DNA of 64,000 bases from Dendrobates tinctorius (Eukaryota): NCBI RefSeq assembly GCF_039654945.1, contig NW_027361688.1:17298001-17362000 (forward strand), read 5' to 3'. The notes below the pieces were generated by a model, which was not told the DNA's origin, ran no database searches, and was given only the letters and a program-made list of their open reading frames with translations. The position numbers and the translations under genes were made by a program. Positions 1 through 13,132 of this stretch are shown here, piece after piece (within the stretch, counting starts at the first letter, position 1; the number at the start of each line of letters is the position of its first letter).

Positions 1-538
1 CCAGATCACGCCAGATGCATGGAGCCTCAATCCACACACAGCACAGAATGGAGTAGAGCATTGAAGGACCGGGGGAGTAAGGGGAGTTCTTTGTCTCTAT
101 CTGGTCAGTCAGTACTTGTGGGGGCCTCATTATGTGTGTGGGGGAACGGTGGAGCATCATACTGTGTTGGGGACATTGTGGTGACATCATACTTTGTACG
201 AGTCACTGTGGGGTCATCATACTGTGTGTGTGGAGGATACTGTGAGGGCCAATTGTATGGCAGAAACCTCTATGGGGGAAACATACTGTATGGACCATCG
301 AAGGTGAGAACACTAGGGGGCTTTAGTAGGAGGACCATTCTATGTACTTGCCACAATTCATTTACTTCTCTGGACTTTAAAAATTGGGAGATTTGCCCTT
401 TTGTGACGACACCTATGAGTTGATTTTTTTGGGGGTGGGGGCGGTGGGTTCAATTTGGATTTTTGATATGGGGACACTGATAAAGATGTAGTCTAAAATT
501 AATCAGCACAGAACGATGTAATCTTATTAGAAGGTTAA

Positions 539-840
539 GGCTAAGTGCACACGTAGCAGAAAATTTCTGCTTAAAAACCAGACTCCCTTCCCGGAAACAG
601 CGCGTTTTTTTCTGCGCATTTTCAAAACGCATAGAGCTAGCCAGAAACGCGGAAAAATCCACGAAATTAATGAGCATGCTGCGTTTTTTACCGCGATGCG
701 CTTTTTTCGCGGTAAAAAACACATCAATATGCACAAAAAGTGCAAAATGCATAGAAATGAATGGGAAGCTTATTTTTAGCGGTTTTATTGGCAAAACCGC
801 TAAAAATACTGCTAAAAAAACGCTGTGTGTGAACACAGCC
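539..840. mobile_element. Palindromic MITE, PIF/Harbinger-like (GGCTAAGTGCACAC...GTGTGAACACAGCC)
   Basis: Terminal inverted repeats (TIRs) flanked by TAA/TTA. Internal (CCGCG/CGCA)AAA repeats are shared with the copies at 12.2-13.0, 16.4 and 29.6 kb. Confidence 0.7.
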
Positions 841-1199
841 TTACTGTCCTGAAATATTCTGTGCTACTTTAGTTTCATTTTGTGTGTGGGTTAATCTGCG
901 CGTTGTTACTCGCCTCAATGGATCTAGCGCCAGGGTGCTGTGTCTTCCTCCAGATGCTAGCCCTCCCTGTTCTTCAGTGTGTTGGGTTACCATGACAAGC
1001 CAGTGCATACCTATGACACCATGCCCTTGGGTCTTATAGGCCAACTCAGGCAGCGGTCGCCACCTGAGTATTCAGGCAGTTGTTATCTATGCCACTACTG
1101 TGGATTGCTTCCCTGCGCCAGATCCACATTGGCCACTTGACAAACCAGCTCTAATATTCTTCTTAACTAATTAAATCTTCTATATCACTAGATTGAGTC

Positions 1200-2105
1200 T
1201 CTTGAGCTGCTACATCATTGGACTCTGCTACTTTGCCAGAGTGAATCTCCTTATCTACCCAATTCTGCTACAGTCTTCGCTCTGCTACTTTGCCTAAGTT
1301 AATCTCCTCCTGATCTACCCAATTCTGCTACATTGTTGGGCTCTGCTACTTTGCCAGAATTATTCTCCTGATCTACCCAATTCTGCTACATTCTTCACGC
1401 TGCTACTTTGCCTGATTTAATCTCCTGATCTACCCAATTCTGTTACATCATTGGGCTCTGCTACTTTGCCTGAGTCAATCTCCTGACCTAGCCAATTCTG
1501 CTACATTGTTGGGCTCTGCTACTTGGCCAGAGTTATTCTCCTGATCTACCCAATTCTCCTACATCGTTGGGCTCTGCTACTTTGCCAGAGTTATTCTCTT
1601 GATCTACCCAATTCTGCTACATCGTTGGGCTCTGCTACTTTGCCTGAGTCCATCTCCTGACCTAGCCAATTCTGCTACATTGTTAGGCACTGCTACTTGG
1701 CCAGAGTTATTCGCCTGTTCTACCCAATTCTGCTACATCATTGAGCTCTGCTACTTTGCCAGAATTTATCTCCTGATCGACCCAATTCTGCTACATTTTT
1801 GGGCTCTGCTACTTTGCCAGAATTATTCTCCTGATCTACCCAATTCTGCTACATTCTTCGCTCTGCTACTTGGCCAGAGTTATTCTCTTGATCTACCCAA
1901 TTCCGCTACATCATTGGGCTCTGCTACTTTGTCAGCGAGCCTTCTGACCTACTAAACACTGGTACATCATTGGACACTGCTGCATCGCAAGAGTGAATCT
2001 CGTGAACTATTTAATTCTGCTATATTGCTGGGTTCTGCTACTTTGCCACAGTGAGTCTCCCGACCTATTCTACTATGCTATTTCACTGGGCTCTGCTTTG
2101 CCACA
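1200..2105. repeat. Minisatellite, 57-58 bp unit (CTCCTGATCTACCCAATTCTGCTACATCGTTGGGCTCTGCTACTTTGCCAGAGTTATT), about 15 copies, degenerate at both ends
   Basis: AATTCTG recurs at 1321, 1379, 1436, 1494 and onward. Confidence 0.9.
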
Positions 2106-4582
2106 GTTCCACATTGCCGGACTCTATGACATACTTTGCGCTGCCATTTTGACACTGCCTCATCAAACTCCCTACGCTGTCTTCAGCTCCCCAGTGGACG
2201 ACTATTCAACTCCTCCAGCGGTTCAACAGGACCGCCCTGCAGCACCAGCGTCATAAATCCGTGCTCCCTTTTAACGGTTCATCTGGACCAAAGGCTTTAT
2301 AGATCCTCACTATATAAGACACAACACCCATATATACTGTCAAACAAATTCTTGAATCTGCACTTTGCGCCTCCTTTCCTCTCTCATACCAATACACTCT
2401 GCCACTGGGTGACACACATGACTATCTGGTCATGTCAGCAGGAAATCGACCTTTTTAAGATGGGGTTACACACTTTTCTTGGCTGCTAATCCAGTCCAGA
2501 TGTGCGATATAAAGCTTCCAATCTCCGTCATCCACTGAGTCACTGCGTTTCTGGGAGTTTAGATTTTACTCACAGAACATACACAAAAGCTGGAAATACA
2601 ATCCGGACGAGCGAGAGAACATCGTGTGACATCCAAAGAGTTTCACTGCATCAGAATCTCTTCTTTCTTCTGCAAATTGGCACCCGAAAAAAAAAAAAAA
2701 ATGTGCCAATGCACTTACAAATTAGCTTTAACCCATGAGGATCAATTTCACAGGGGTTCTTCACTTTAGACAATCCATTTTAACCATAACACTAACGCAT
2801 TTCGGGCAGAAAAACACTTTATTTTTTTTAATGACTCTGTGATCTTGGGCGATCAGCTGTGAATCCAGCAGTAAGTGTTCAATTCCCCTGCAGTGCCACC
2901 GCAGGAGAAATGAGGTATTACATGCTGCCAATTTCCATCAGTGGTCCTTTTGGGTAATAAATGGACATGATAGGTCTTCCAGAGATGGAGAGATTCTTTT
3001 CTATTGTGCTCGGTGGCAAAATCGATCCCCTCTTAAAACGAAAGCCCATTAAAAAAAAAAAAGGAAATTGCTAAAATTGTGACGATTCAAGATCAGAAGG
3101 GTGAAAAATTGCTTCATTTTCTGGAGATTTTTTAACCCATTATTTGCTATAAATTACTTGGCAGACAGCTGCTACCCTTAAAAACTAATGGGGCGCTGCA
3201 TGACTTGCTCACCATGCCCACCAGCCCCTTATTTTACAACCTACCACCTTCTTATTCTTGGGGGTCAAAACCAGAAAATTAATCCTGATTCATTCCTCCT
3301 TTTTGTGATCGAAGTCTATTGTCCCCTTTTATCAGCCAGCTCGCTATAGTGTTCTTCAATGGGAACACAACAGACCTCCCCCTCACCCATCAATCTGCTT
3401 TATGTAATTAATCAGCAGCAGTTACTGGAACTTATGCAATATGTGCACGACTTTAGGGGTAGTGTACCTTCAAATGCACTCCCAAAAGTTCAGGGTTATT
3501 TAAATACACCCCCCCACACACACATATGGCAACTGGGATTGTGTAATGCAAATGTCCCCGGTCGTCGCACTGCGATTTTCCCAACATGACTTCACTTCGC
3601 TGCGACAGCAATGCAGAGCAGCTGCTGGAGGACTACAGATCCCAGCACACTCTCTCACTTCATGGATCCAGTATCCGCGTCCTCATGTTGTTAATAATTG
3701 ACTCATATGTCAGGATAAGAAGATGCTTAGCGTAAACTAAACAGCCATACACAGCGAGCTTCCTCCTATTTTTGTTTTTTTGCCATCTATTTCCAATAAT
3801 GCGATTTTGTCAGACGTGCCTACTTTCGAGAAATTGCATCATTTGGTTGCGCCGCACCAAAATTTTAGACATTTGTCCCGCCTCTAAATTTAAAGGTCAC
3901 TCCTCCAAAACGCCATTTAAAAGGGAAAAAAATCACTAGAAAATGATCTAATACTTAAATCAAGCTTTGGCAATGTTTTTCAGTATTTAAAAAAAAAAAA
4001 AAAAAAAAAATAGAAATCTTGCAATTTACACACTGACCACTGGGGGGCTCTCACTTCCTGCTGTTTGAGAAAATCAACATGTACATTAGCAGCAACGGCC
4101 AGACTCCGATTCTATCTTTTTGATTGAAGCAGCTAATGAGCGTGTGCAAGATCATGGAGTGGAGCTGTGACTTTGCATATTGTGATTGGCGGATCCTGCG
4201 TTAGCAGCTGTGTATAAAGGTGTTACCTGACATTGTAATCCTGCCTCTGATGATAATGAGCCTGCTAAAAATGCTCCCTGAAAGGACAGGAAGTATGAGT
4301 TTAAAAAATCCCCAGTGATCACTGTGAAAATTAGTAATGATGCTTTTTAATAAACATCGTGATATGAAAAAAAAAAAAAAAAAGTAGGTATGGTATGAGA
4401 TGGAATACTGGGATACGCCATCCCCTCCAGTCCCAAGACTTCGGTCATAAGGAATTGAATGGGGGTTGGTGGCACATATGTAAAGGTAGAGACATGCTGC
4501 TCTCGCTTCCCCCCTGAAGAAGACAAGTTTTTTTTCATGCAATATTATGTGAATTGTGTCCTGTGTCTTTTTGTAAATGCTG

Positions 4583-5426
4583 TGTAATATGATATCGTGA
4601 TGTAATGTGAATAGTGTAATGCGTTGAATATGTTATTTGATGTGGATAGTTGACTATAGGGTAAGTAAGAGTTAATAGTTGGGACTAGCCCCTAGCGGGA
4701 GTGGCCAGTGTAAGGGACAGTGACCGATTTATTGTCAGGAAGGCAGATAGGGCCTGGAGTGCTTGTTGAGAGGCCTCAACAGTCCAAAGTGAACAGTGTC
4801 GCATTCGAGGGTGACCCTAAATGAGAGGAGACTGAGGAGAAGGGATAGCGAGATCCTGAGTATAAGTGGCAGAGCAACAGAGTGGCCTTCTGGAGACGGG
4901 TCCTAGGAGAAGACGCTTTGGGCTTCTAACGCTGGAAGGTAATGACCTAAACAGGACTGAGAAACGGTGCTAGTGAAGGGTCCCAAGGGGGAGATCTATG
5001 GCACCAGTAGTGGAAGAAATAGGGTGCGGAACCACTGGGCAAGTAAAGGAGACTTGTTAATCAGGACGGTAGCGTTAAAGCTGGGTGACTGGTGAAGTGG
5101 GGAGAAATAGCGAACACCGATTCCTAGAGTAATCTACTAAGGAGGGAAATTGGGTTGAAAAAGGCTTCATACTGTAAAGGAAACGTCCATAAGAATTTGG
5201 ACCCTCTATCCCTTGTGTATAACCCTCACAAAGAGTTTGTTTTGAATGGTGGCCTCTCTCATTGAATTGTGAAACATCTGGTTCTGGCTAACCAGCAACA
5301 TTGGTTATATGTGGCCTGCATGGGCATACGGCTCTCACAGCACAAGTCCACACACCCAGCCTGTAACGAGCCAGGGAGCCATAGACGAGGACCTCGGCCA
5401 GGGCTACCACCCCGTGCCATGTTACA
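4583..5426 (+). mobile_element. Probable solo LTR (TGTAATATG...CATGTTACA)
   Basis: TG...CA ends with a short imperfect inverted repeat and an internal TATAAG. The TSD is not preserved. Confidence 0.4.
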
Positions 5427-5499
5427 CTTACACCCAGTCTCATAGACTTTGAGCAAAGCAGCAAAATTTGGGTGCAGCCAGTGCTCCTTTACCCTGCCA

Positions 5500-6560
5500 C
5501 GGTCTTGCAGTTTAGTGGTTCTCCCAGTGGCCAGACCTGCACCGATCTAACAGGAACCAAATACCCAGTGATAATTTCACTAAATCGGAATACCCCTTTA
5601 CATCCTTGGTAGAGCATGAACTGCATCATTGAGACCCCGGTAGTCACTCATCGTCACTGCCGCACAATAGTAGGAAGAACAGAGCACAGGTCCAATAATG
5701 GAAATGGAAAGAAGAAAAGAATCTGGGCACCATATATAGATTTAATGGTGGCACCCACTTACGAGATGTCAAGTCTACGCAGCCTACAGAAAACCACCAA
5801 ACCATTCCGGATCATACAGAAGAGAGCAGACGATTCCTAGCAGGCTGGAAACCGGATCACAAAAGGGGCGAAGAAGATGGGTCAGATGGTGGCGATTCTC
5901 ATACAGTTAACGCTGTTGATCTCACCAAGGTCCGGTGGTTGACCTACACCTAAAGTTCAGATGCCATGGATGGGTGTCCACATGATATTGGTATGTAGAA
6001 GCACAAGTGTATGAGTATAATCTAAACCCCTTTGGTACTGTGCAGAGATTTCTGCTACTGTAAGGCTAAGTTCACACTAGTCGTTTTTTGCAGCTGAGCA
6101 CAATTTCAACAAGTGAGCATCATCAAACAAATAAGTAATCATGATGAATGTTCGTCCATCCGTCACACCAGAGAACCATTTGTGGCAAGTAATAGCCAAC
6201 AGCCTCAATAAGAATTACAGGGGGGAGTCCAATTTTTCACCTCCAATCCTTCAGAAATACCATCTTATATCTGTAAAAAGCTCTCCTGATAAAATGCCTT
6301 CTCGTTCGTCTACCCTTTGGGCTACAACCGACTTTCCCCAAATACCAGAAATTGGCCTTTATACTACCCAGAACCCATATAAATGGTCTTCTCAACAAGA
6401 CAACCATCGGCTAAAATCTGCAGCTCCTGCTCGAGTAGATTTGGTGCGACCACCGATAAACCATTTCTTTATATTTTAATGGGTTATTCCCAAAATTGTA
6501 CTCAAGGGGACATGCTGCGCCCCTGCCTCCCAGCTTACTGATGGACAGTTTTGACAGCGG
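5500..6560 (+). mobile_element. Highly decayed L1/Tx1-like LINE ORF2 fragments
   Basis: A/C-rich coding-like fragments with Trp-rich C-terminal-like peptides (ENHLWQVIANSLNK; YKWS). No intact motif. Confidence 0.35.
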
Positions 6561-6705
6561 ATCAATCGCGCCTGCGTCCTGGAGCTTAGGGGTCCCAAAG
6601 GAAAAGACATTCACTTAAATATTTCCAATAATTGGGGGCCCTTGTTGGAGCTTTTGCATTGGGGCCCATGAGCGTCAAGTCACGCCACTGACACGAACCG
6701 TGCGC

Positions 6706-7528
6706 TGTTATGAATGAGTCACCGAAGGAGGAAAAAACAAAAATACAAGCTAAGTCCAGAAAACCGGAGAGGTTGGTAGCTATCGGATTGCAGACCCCTG
6801 ATCCTATCCACAACAACTAACAGTAGCCGTGGGGGGTTCATACGATGCCCTAGACCCCTCGATCACAGCCGGAGAACTAAATAGGCCTAAAGAAAGAAAG
6901 CGGAAATCTAAACTGCCCCAGAGCAGACCCCAAAGCAATAGGCAGCCCCCAACATATAATGACGTTGAAGCAAGATGAAAACACTAACACAGATAGAAAG
7001 ATAGGTTGAGCAAACGATGGGGCCCAAGCTAACTAAAAAGGACAGGACAGAAAAGCTGCTGTCTACAATCCGTAAAAAACCCTACCAAAAAATGACCCAA
7101 CCGTCTGATAGGAAAATCAGGCCCTGAAGTCGCTAGGACTTCAAAAAGACTATATCAGCACTCAGGTAAATTCTGAAGACAGAGCAAAGAGACAAACTGA
7201 TCAGAGACAAAAATGGAACTCAGCACACCCCCGAACGGGGATGGCTGAACTCTAAAAAACAAGGTAAACAAAACAAAACTAATAAGTTCAATAGCAGAGC
7301 AAAAACTTATCTTTGGGAAGCAGGAGTCAGACTGGTCTCCAAGAATCCAGCAGAGAAATCACTAGCGACTCAGAAGGGCGTCGGCTGCCTTATATCCAGT
7401 CAGAAATTCCTGTTACCCAGTCATCATCTACCAGATCAGGTGTTTGGTAATCAGCCTCACTACCTTCCTTCACCAGAAGAGGGAGTTCATCAGACATCGA
7501 CGGTGAAGGGGAAAATGAACTCACAACA
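6706..7528 (-). mobile_element. Gypsy-type solo LTR (TGTTATGA...TCACAACA)
   Basis: TG..CA termini with an 8-bp imperfect inverted repeat. The flanks gtgcgc/gtacgc resemble a TSD. Confidence 0.65.
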
Positions 7529-7823
7529 GTACGCCCTTAAGGACACTACACTGAAGCTGGACAGACCAGGCTTTAGCCCTATCACTTTGCATCCCACCTC
7601 GGATAGGTTTCTGATAACCTATGTGACAAGCAAGAAACTTTCAAAAGAAAAAAACTTGAGAACCAAGAGGATTCTTTTTAAGTAATAAGTACATTGCCAA
7701 ATTGCTCGTTTGAAAAAGTCCTGTACAATTTTTAAACTATTTATGTCCAGCAGAAAACCCCTTTAATTGGGGCCAGGCCATACTGCGTTTCTCCTACATC
7801 TGCCTCACAAATAATCCCTTTAA

Positions 7824-8155
7824 AGGGAATCTATCAGCATGTTTTTGCTACCTAATCTGAGGGCAACATGAGGTAGGAGCTGAGACACAGATTTCAAGGA
7901 TGTGTCACTTATCAGGCTGCGTGCTGTTTCCATACAATTAATGCCTGGACTACAGCTCACATGAGCCCTGGTCCCACCACTGATTAGCAGCTTAATGTCT
8001 ATAAACAATGTGCACAGAGGATGGCGTGGGCGAGCTCAGCTACATCTAAAAACTCTGATCGTTTCACAGCTGCAGTAAACTAAGTGATATATCGCTGGAA
8101 TCAGGGTCTCTGCCCCTGCATCATGCTATGTCAGAGGAGGTAGCAAAATCCTGCC
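7824..8155. mobile_element. Kolobok/T2-type MITE (TTAA|AGGGAATCT...), right end decayed; same family as 39591-40017
   Basis: TTAA followed by an AGGG terminus. Internal inverted segments. Clear similarity to the 39.6-40.0 kb copy. Confidence 0.6.
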
Positions 8156-8248
8156 CTCCAATCAATAGGTGCTTATCTAACATGCAGATTCCTACTCCAT
8201 CTAAAAGATAAGGGTCCCATCCCCTTGATATAATCACTGCATGACCTA

Positions 8249-8370
8249 TTAAAGCAACGGAGTCACCATTAAAGGGACGGTAGCAAATCATTGGCGATCA
8301 GCTGCCATCTTAAAGCAACGGAGTCACCATTAAAGGGACGGTAGCAAATCATTGGCGATCAGCTGCCATC
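8249..8370. repeat. Exact 61-bp tandem duplication
   Basis: TTAAAGCAACGGAGTCACCATTAAAGGGACGGTAGCAAATCATTGGCGATCAGCTGCCATC at 8249 and again at 8310. Confidence 0.9.
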
Positions 8371-9478
8371 TGGCAGCATGAAGAATTCCATCTCTTGCAG
8401 CGCCACCACAGGGTAGAATACAGCATGACATGTGAAGTGAATTAGTGAGGTGGGTCCTGAATAGAGACTCCTCTCATAATTAACCAGTAAAGTGCTTTTT
8501 CTAGCCAGATCAGTCCAGCTTTCAGCACAGCAGGCATAAAGCTCCTCTTCCCCACCATCAGCTGTCAGGGCATAGAAACAGAACAGCAAACATTTACTAA
8601 ACCCAGAAGAATGCAATAGATGAAAGCTGGGTATGGGAGGTCACAGCAGCCCCCCTGACCCCAAATCCCCCCCATATCACAGATCACCCCCCAAACATTG
8701 CATAAGTGAGTTACTTACAGCCTGCCCCCTCTCCTGGCCTGTCCCCTGTGGCAGTAGTAGCCCATGTACACATATGTGTAGAGGCAGCAGCGTGTAAAAT
8801 CCCAGGCAGGACTTGTTTACAAACTGTTACACTGTGTCTAGATTGGCAGAGTACAAAGCCCCGCCCCTCTTGATGTCAGATTCCCACCGGCCACGCCCCC
8901 ATTTAAAGGCACAGTCGACTTGTTATTTAATTGTTCTGGGAGGGGGGGGTGTCTTGGTTACTACTCTCACTCAGCCATGCCCCCTCTGTGGCCATCAGAA
9001 CGGAAGTTGCAGGGGCTATCAATTACACTCCTCTCCTGAATGTCAGGCAGGCATGCAGGGACTGGGTGGTGCTATGTACTGTGCAGGCAGAGCTGATCTG
9101 GAAGCTTGGGAGAGCTCAGCATAGAATGTGTGCTGACATTGGAGTAAATGAATGGAGATCTTCAGAGGGAGAGGAACTACAAGTCTAAGTAAAACTTAAT
9201 TTTAATTATTATTTTAAAGGTTTTTTTACTTAAATTTTCATGATTTTTTTTTTTACTAAGTTACATTAGAGCAAATGAATAGAGATCTAGTTCTGCAGAT
9301 CTCATATGCAGCCACTTCAGATGGAGAGGAACTACAAGTCTAAGTAAAACTTAAGAAAAACTAATTACAACTAAGTTTTAATTAGTTTTTTTTTTTTTTT
9401 TACTAATTAAAACTTAGTTGTTATTAGTTTTTTAAAGTTTTTACTTAGCATGTGATTCCACCCATACAGTATTATGCC

Positions 9479-9767
9479 CATGCTCGGACTGGCCCATAGG
9501 GGAACAGGGGAATCCCACGGTGGGCCCCTGTGTAGACACGGGCCCCCAACCCCACTATATAGGCAGTACCTGGCATAATTCACATGATTTACTCTGTACA
9601 GAAAAAAGCAGCATCTCATAATTCATTAACCAAACTACCCAGTTTATTATTATATAGAGATGTAGGTACATTGTGAACGGGGGCAGCGTAATATTTGTAT
9701 GCAGGTGAAAAGTGGGCCCCCAAAGTCATTGTTACTGGTGGGCCCTTGCCACACCAGTCCGACACTG
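9479..9767. mobile_element. hAT-type MITE with perfect 8-bp TSD ATTATGCC
   Basis: TIRs CATGCTCGGACTGG / CCAGTCCGACACTG. TSD at 9471-9478 and 9768-9775. Confidence 0.85.
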
Positions 9768-10289
9768 ATTATGCCCCAACAGTTCCTCCACACAGTATGA
9801 TGCCCCTGAAGACTACCCACTCAGTATAATGCTCTCTTAGCCACCCGAAAGTTCTCCCACACACAGTAAGATGCCCTCACACAAGCATCACACTTTCCTC
9901 TCTCATCCCTGCTCCTGTCTCATTGAATTGGTCTTTTCTACCAATGGGGGTAGTTCCTGAAGGTCATGTGTTGCGATGGTCCCTGCAGGACCTTGAGGCA
10001 CTACTTAGAATCTGGAATGGTGAAGTAGGAATCTGTTGGTTCCTTTCATTATGTGGGACTGTGTATCTGTTTGCTGGGGACACAGATGCAGTTGAAGTCG
10101 GGACATACCCCCCCCCAACCATTCAGGACAGCTCCCCAAATTCAAGGCTGTCTTGCTGCATCCAGTACAGAAAGTGCGTCTGATGGGTTGAGGTATCACA
10201 GGAACTGTTTCTCTATTTAAATGTCCAGGCTGGTTTATTGGTGCTTCATAAACCAAGCCACGGGCAAAGGAAAATAAACGGCCTTTCAA

Positions 10290-11167
10290 ATTTTTTTTGT
10301 TAGGACGTTAGAAGAGTAAAAAAGTTGATCAGCGATTTCTCATCTCTTTCCCAACAAAATTTGTATATGTGAGTTGTGTAAGTCAGAAATTAATTTAGTA
10401 GTCCATGGATGTGTGGTACAGTTTGAAGCATTCTTTCATACACTGGCCAGGTTTCACATTGACAATTGGTGTCCTTTCTTATCCCCCTTGCCAGCTTCTT
10501 GTACCACACCATAGCTTTTCGCGTGGCACTGTAGAGCTGGTGGACATGATCAGAGAGATCAACTCCCCCCATATTTTTATTTTACCCCACGACACAATCT
10601 GGTTTGTGGACCTGTGTACAGGAACCTCATGCAATGCTGAGGGTGCTGCCATCACCATGTATGGTGGTCAAGAAAAGGACATCCCTTGTGTCCTTGTACA
10701 TGACCACCAGCATGTTGTCGCTACATTGGGATCTGCTCTCACCATTTCTGAGCAGCTGCCCAACTAGCGTCTTATGGAGTCCTTGCCGATTTTTGCAGAC
10801 AGTGCCGCAAGCTGCGGTAGCTCGCGCTTAGAGGGACTTGAAGAACGTTATGCTGGTATAAAAGTTATCTACGTAGAGGTCAAAACCTTGATCCAGCAGT
10901 GGGTGCACCAAATCCCACACAATTATCTATCTGGCCCTCTTAATGTGCAGTTATTGCCGGAATTTGAGCAGGCAATCACAGCGATCGTAGTTGCGGGGGA
11001 AGGGGGGGGCATCGTGACGACAAGTCGCAGTGGCCGGCTTCAAGAATCAGCAGTCACTTTGATGCGCTTGGTAACGGTGACGCATTAAAGCTAGGACATT
11101 CATACATCCAAGGTCGGGAAGTCCTTTCCAATCGGGACGTATGGAAACGTCCAAGGTCGTGAAGCGG
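10290..11167 (-). mobile_element. Decayed piggyBac (PGBD4-like) transposon fragment with one terminus
   Basis: Minus-strand peptides LYVDNFYTSI and MGGVDLSDH...ATRKAMVWYKKLA, plus a Cys-containing C-terminus, with frameshifts. TTAA|CCGCTTCACGACC terminus at 11167-11171. Confidence 0.85.
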
Positions 11168-12236
11168 TTAAAGGAGGGACAATGGGGGGCAATATTACTT
11201 GGAGACACAGTTGAGTATTATTAATAGGAGTCATAGAGGGACATTATTACTATAGAGGGCTGTAAAACTATATGGAGGCACGGGGGCATTTCTATTGTAA
11301 GTAGGCACAGATGGCATTATTATTAGGAGGCACAGGGGACATTACTGCTCTGTAGGGGCACAGAGGGGGCAATGTTACTCTATGGAGCGCATAAGAAGGG
11401 TGCTATTAGTATAAAATAGTAATGTTACTGTTTAAGACATTGGTTATAGCACTGTATGGTTTGTGTAGAGGTGGGGGGAATGTGAGGAGGAGGTGATAAG
11501 CCAAACATGTCGTGCATGGAAGAAGTGGTCATAGCGGTCTGGGCCAAATGGAAAATAGAAGAGAAACTAAATGCCTACAATCAGCAAGAATGTCACTGGT
11601 GAATCACTGATAGTTACCATTACATGGTCACTGTATGGTGGTAATATTAGTCTTAGCATTGTAGATGTGGAAATGATCAGTACGGTAGTATTGTCATTAC
11701 TGTATATATTGGTAATATGTGGTTATGGACTGGCTGTATTATTAGTTTATTATATTGCAGTATTGATGATCATATTGCTCGAGGTACAGTTGTATTGGTA
11801 ATGATCAGACTGGTGGCATTATTCCATCACTATGTGATGGTATCATATGGTTACTGCATAGTGGTACAATTTAATCCTATATAGCAGTATTATTAGTAAA
11901 ATTGGTCTTGCTGTAGATTTTCTTTAATGTCAGGCATGGTCACTTTCAGCAATAGAAACCCTCATATCCGGGGCTGCATGGGCTTGTGTGATTCCAAATG
12001 ACAGGGCTGAATTTTAGTCGCAGCTTGGCTCTGGTTGTGGATGTCGATTGTTATACCTGTGTGAAACCGGTAGTCCTCCTCTGATTTTTTTTGTGTCCAT
12101 TTAGCTTAATCTAAAGTAATAAAATAAATTATACTCATAGATTCTCCACTGCCACTCCTCCAACTATGATGACCGCTGCAGTCAATCACTGTAGCAAGTT
12201 GTTTTTAAAAAAAATGTAAGGGGTGGGCTTTTTTAA

Positions 12237-12582
12237 GGGTATGTGCACACGCTGCGGTTTTGCTGCGGTTTTGGCCCTGCAGAACTGCAGCAGTTCCGCA
12301 GACATGGTACTTTACCATGTTAGCCTATGGGTTTTCAAAACCGCAGTGCTCACGCTGCGGTTTTTTACCTGCGGAAAAGCTGCTTTTTTTTTCCCGCAGC
12401 ATGTCAATTGTTTCTGCGGATTCTGCTGCGGTTTCACACCTTTAACATAGTAGAGGTGTGAAACCGCAGGGCAAAACCGCAGGCCAAACCGCAGCAAAAC
12501 TGCAGGTCACTTTACCTGCGGTTTTACCTGCGTTTCCACGGGAAAAAAACCGCAGCAGAATCCGCAGCGTGTGCACTCACCG
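12237..12582. mobile_element. Harbinger-like palindromic MITE (GGGTATGTGCACACGCTGCGG)
   Basis: TIRs with TAA on both sides. Abuts a second copy. Confidence 0.8.
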
Positions 12583-12585
12583 TAA

Positions 12586-12964
12586 GGCTGTGTGCACACG
12601 CTGCGGAAAAGGTGCGGATTCATCCGCGCGGATTTTGTACAATCCGCAGGTGAAACCGCAGGTCAAAAGACCTGCGGTTTTACCTGCGGATTGCTCTGCG
12701 GTTTTGCCCTGCGGTTTTTCATCTCCTCAATGGAGGAGATGGCAAACCGCAGGAGAATCCGCAGAAAGAATTGACATGTCAATTCTTTCTGCGGATTGAA
12801 AACCGCAGATAATCCGCGCGGAAAATTCCGCACCGTCTGCACTGCGGTTTTTGATTCCCATAGGGAATCATTGTACTGTACACCGCAGCAGAAACTGCTG
12901 CGGGTCCGCAGCGGCCAAAACCGCTGCGGAACCGCAGCAAAATCCGCAGCGTGTGCACACAGCC
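12586..12964. mobile_element. Harbinger-like palindromic MITE (GGCTGTGTGCACACGCTGCGG...CCGCAGCGTGTGCACACAGCC)
   Basis: Perfect 21-bp TIRs and TAA TSD on both sides. Confidence 0.85.
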
Positions 12965-13132
12965 TAAGAGTGTTTTCCATAAAAAGTATGTGGATGAGTG
13001 AAGATGGATTGTTGGGGTATAACTGCTGGGACTGCCATTGATTACAGAAATGGGGGTTCCCAAGAAGTGATGAGCGAGTGTGCTCGGATAAGATGTTATC
13101 AGAGCACGCTCATGTTCAAGTCCACGTGGCTG

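Noticed and set aside
1200-2105. Regular repeats resembling a CRISPR array (also 37670-38465 and 60338-61746)
   Set aside because: Units repeat in full with no unique spacers; no cas genes; vertebrate context.
10390-10930. Functional PGBD4-like gene
   Set aside because: Fragmentary, with frameshifts and deletions.
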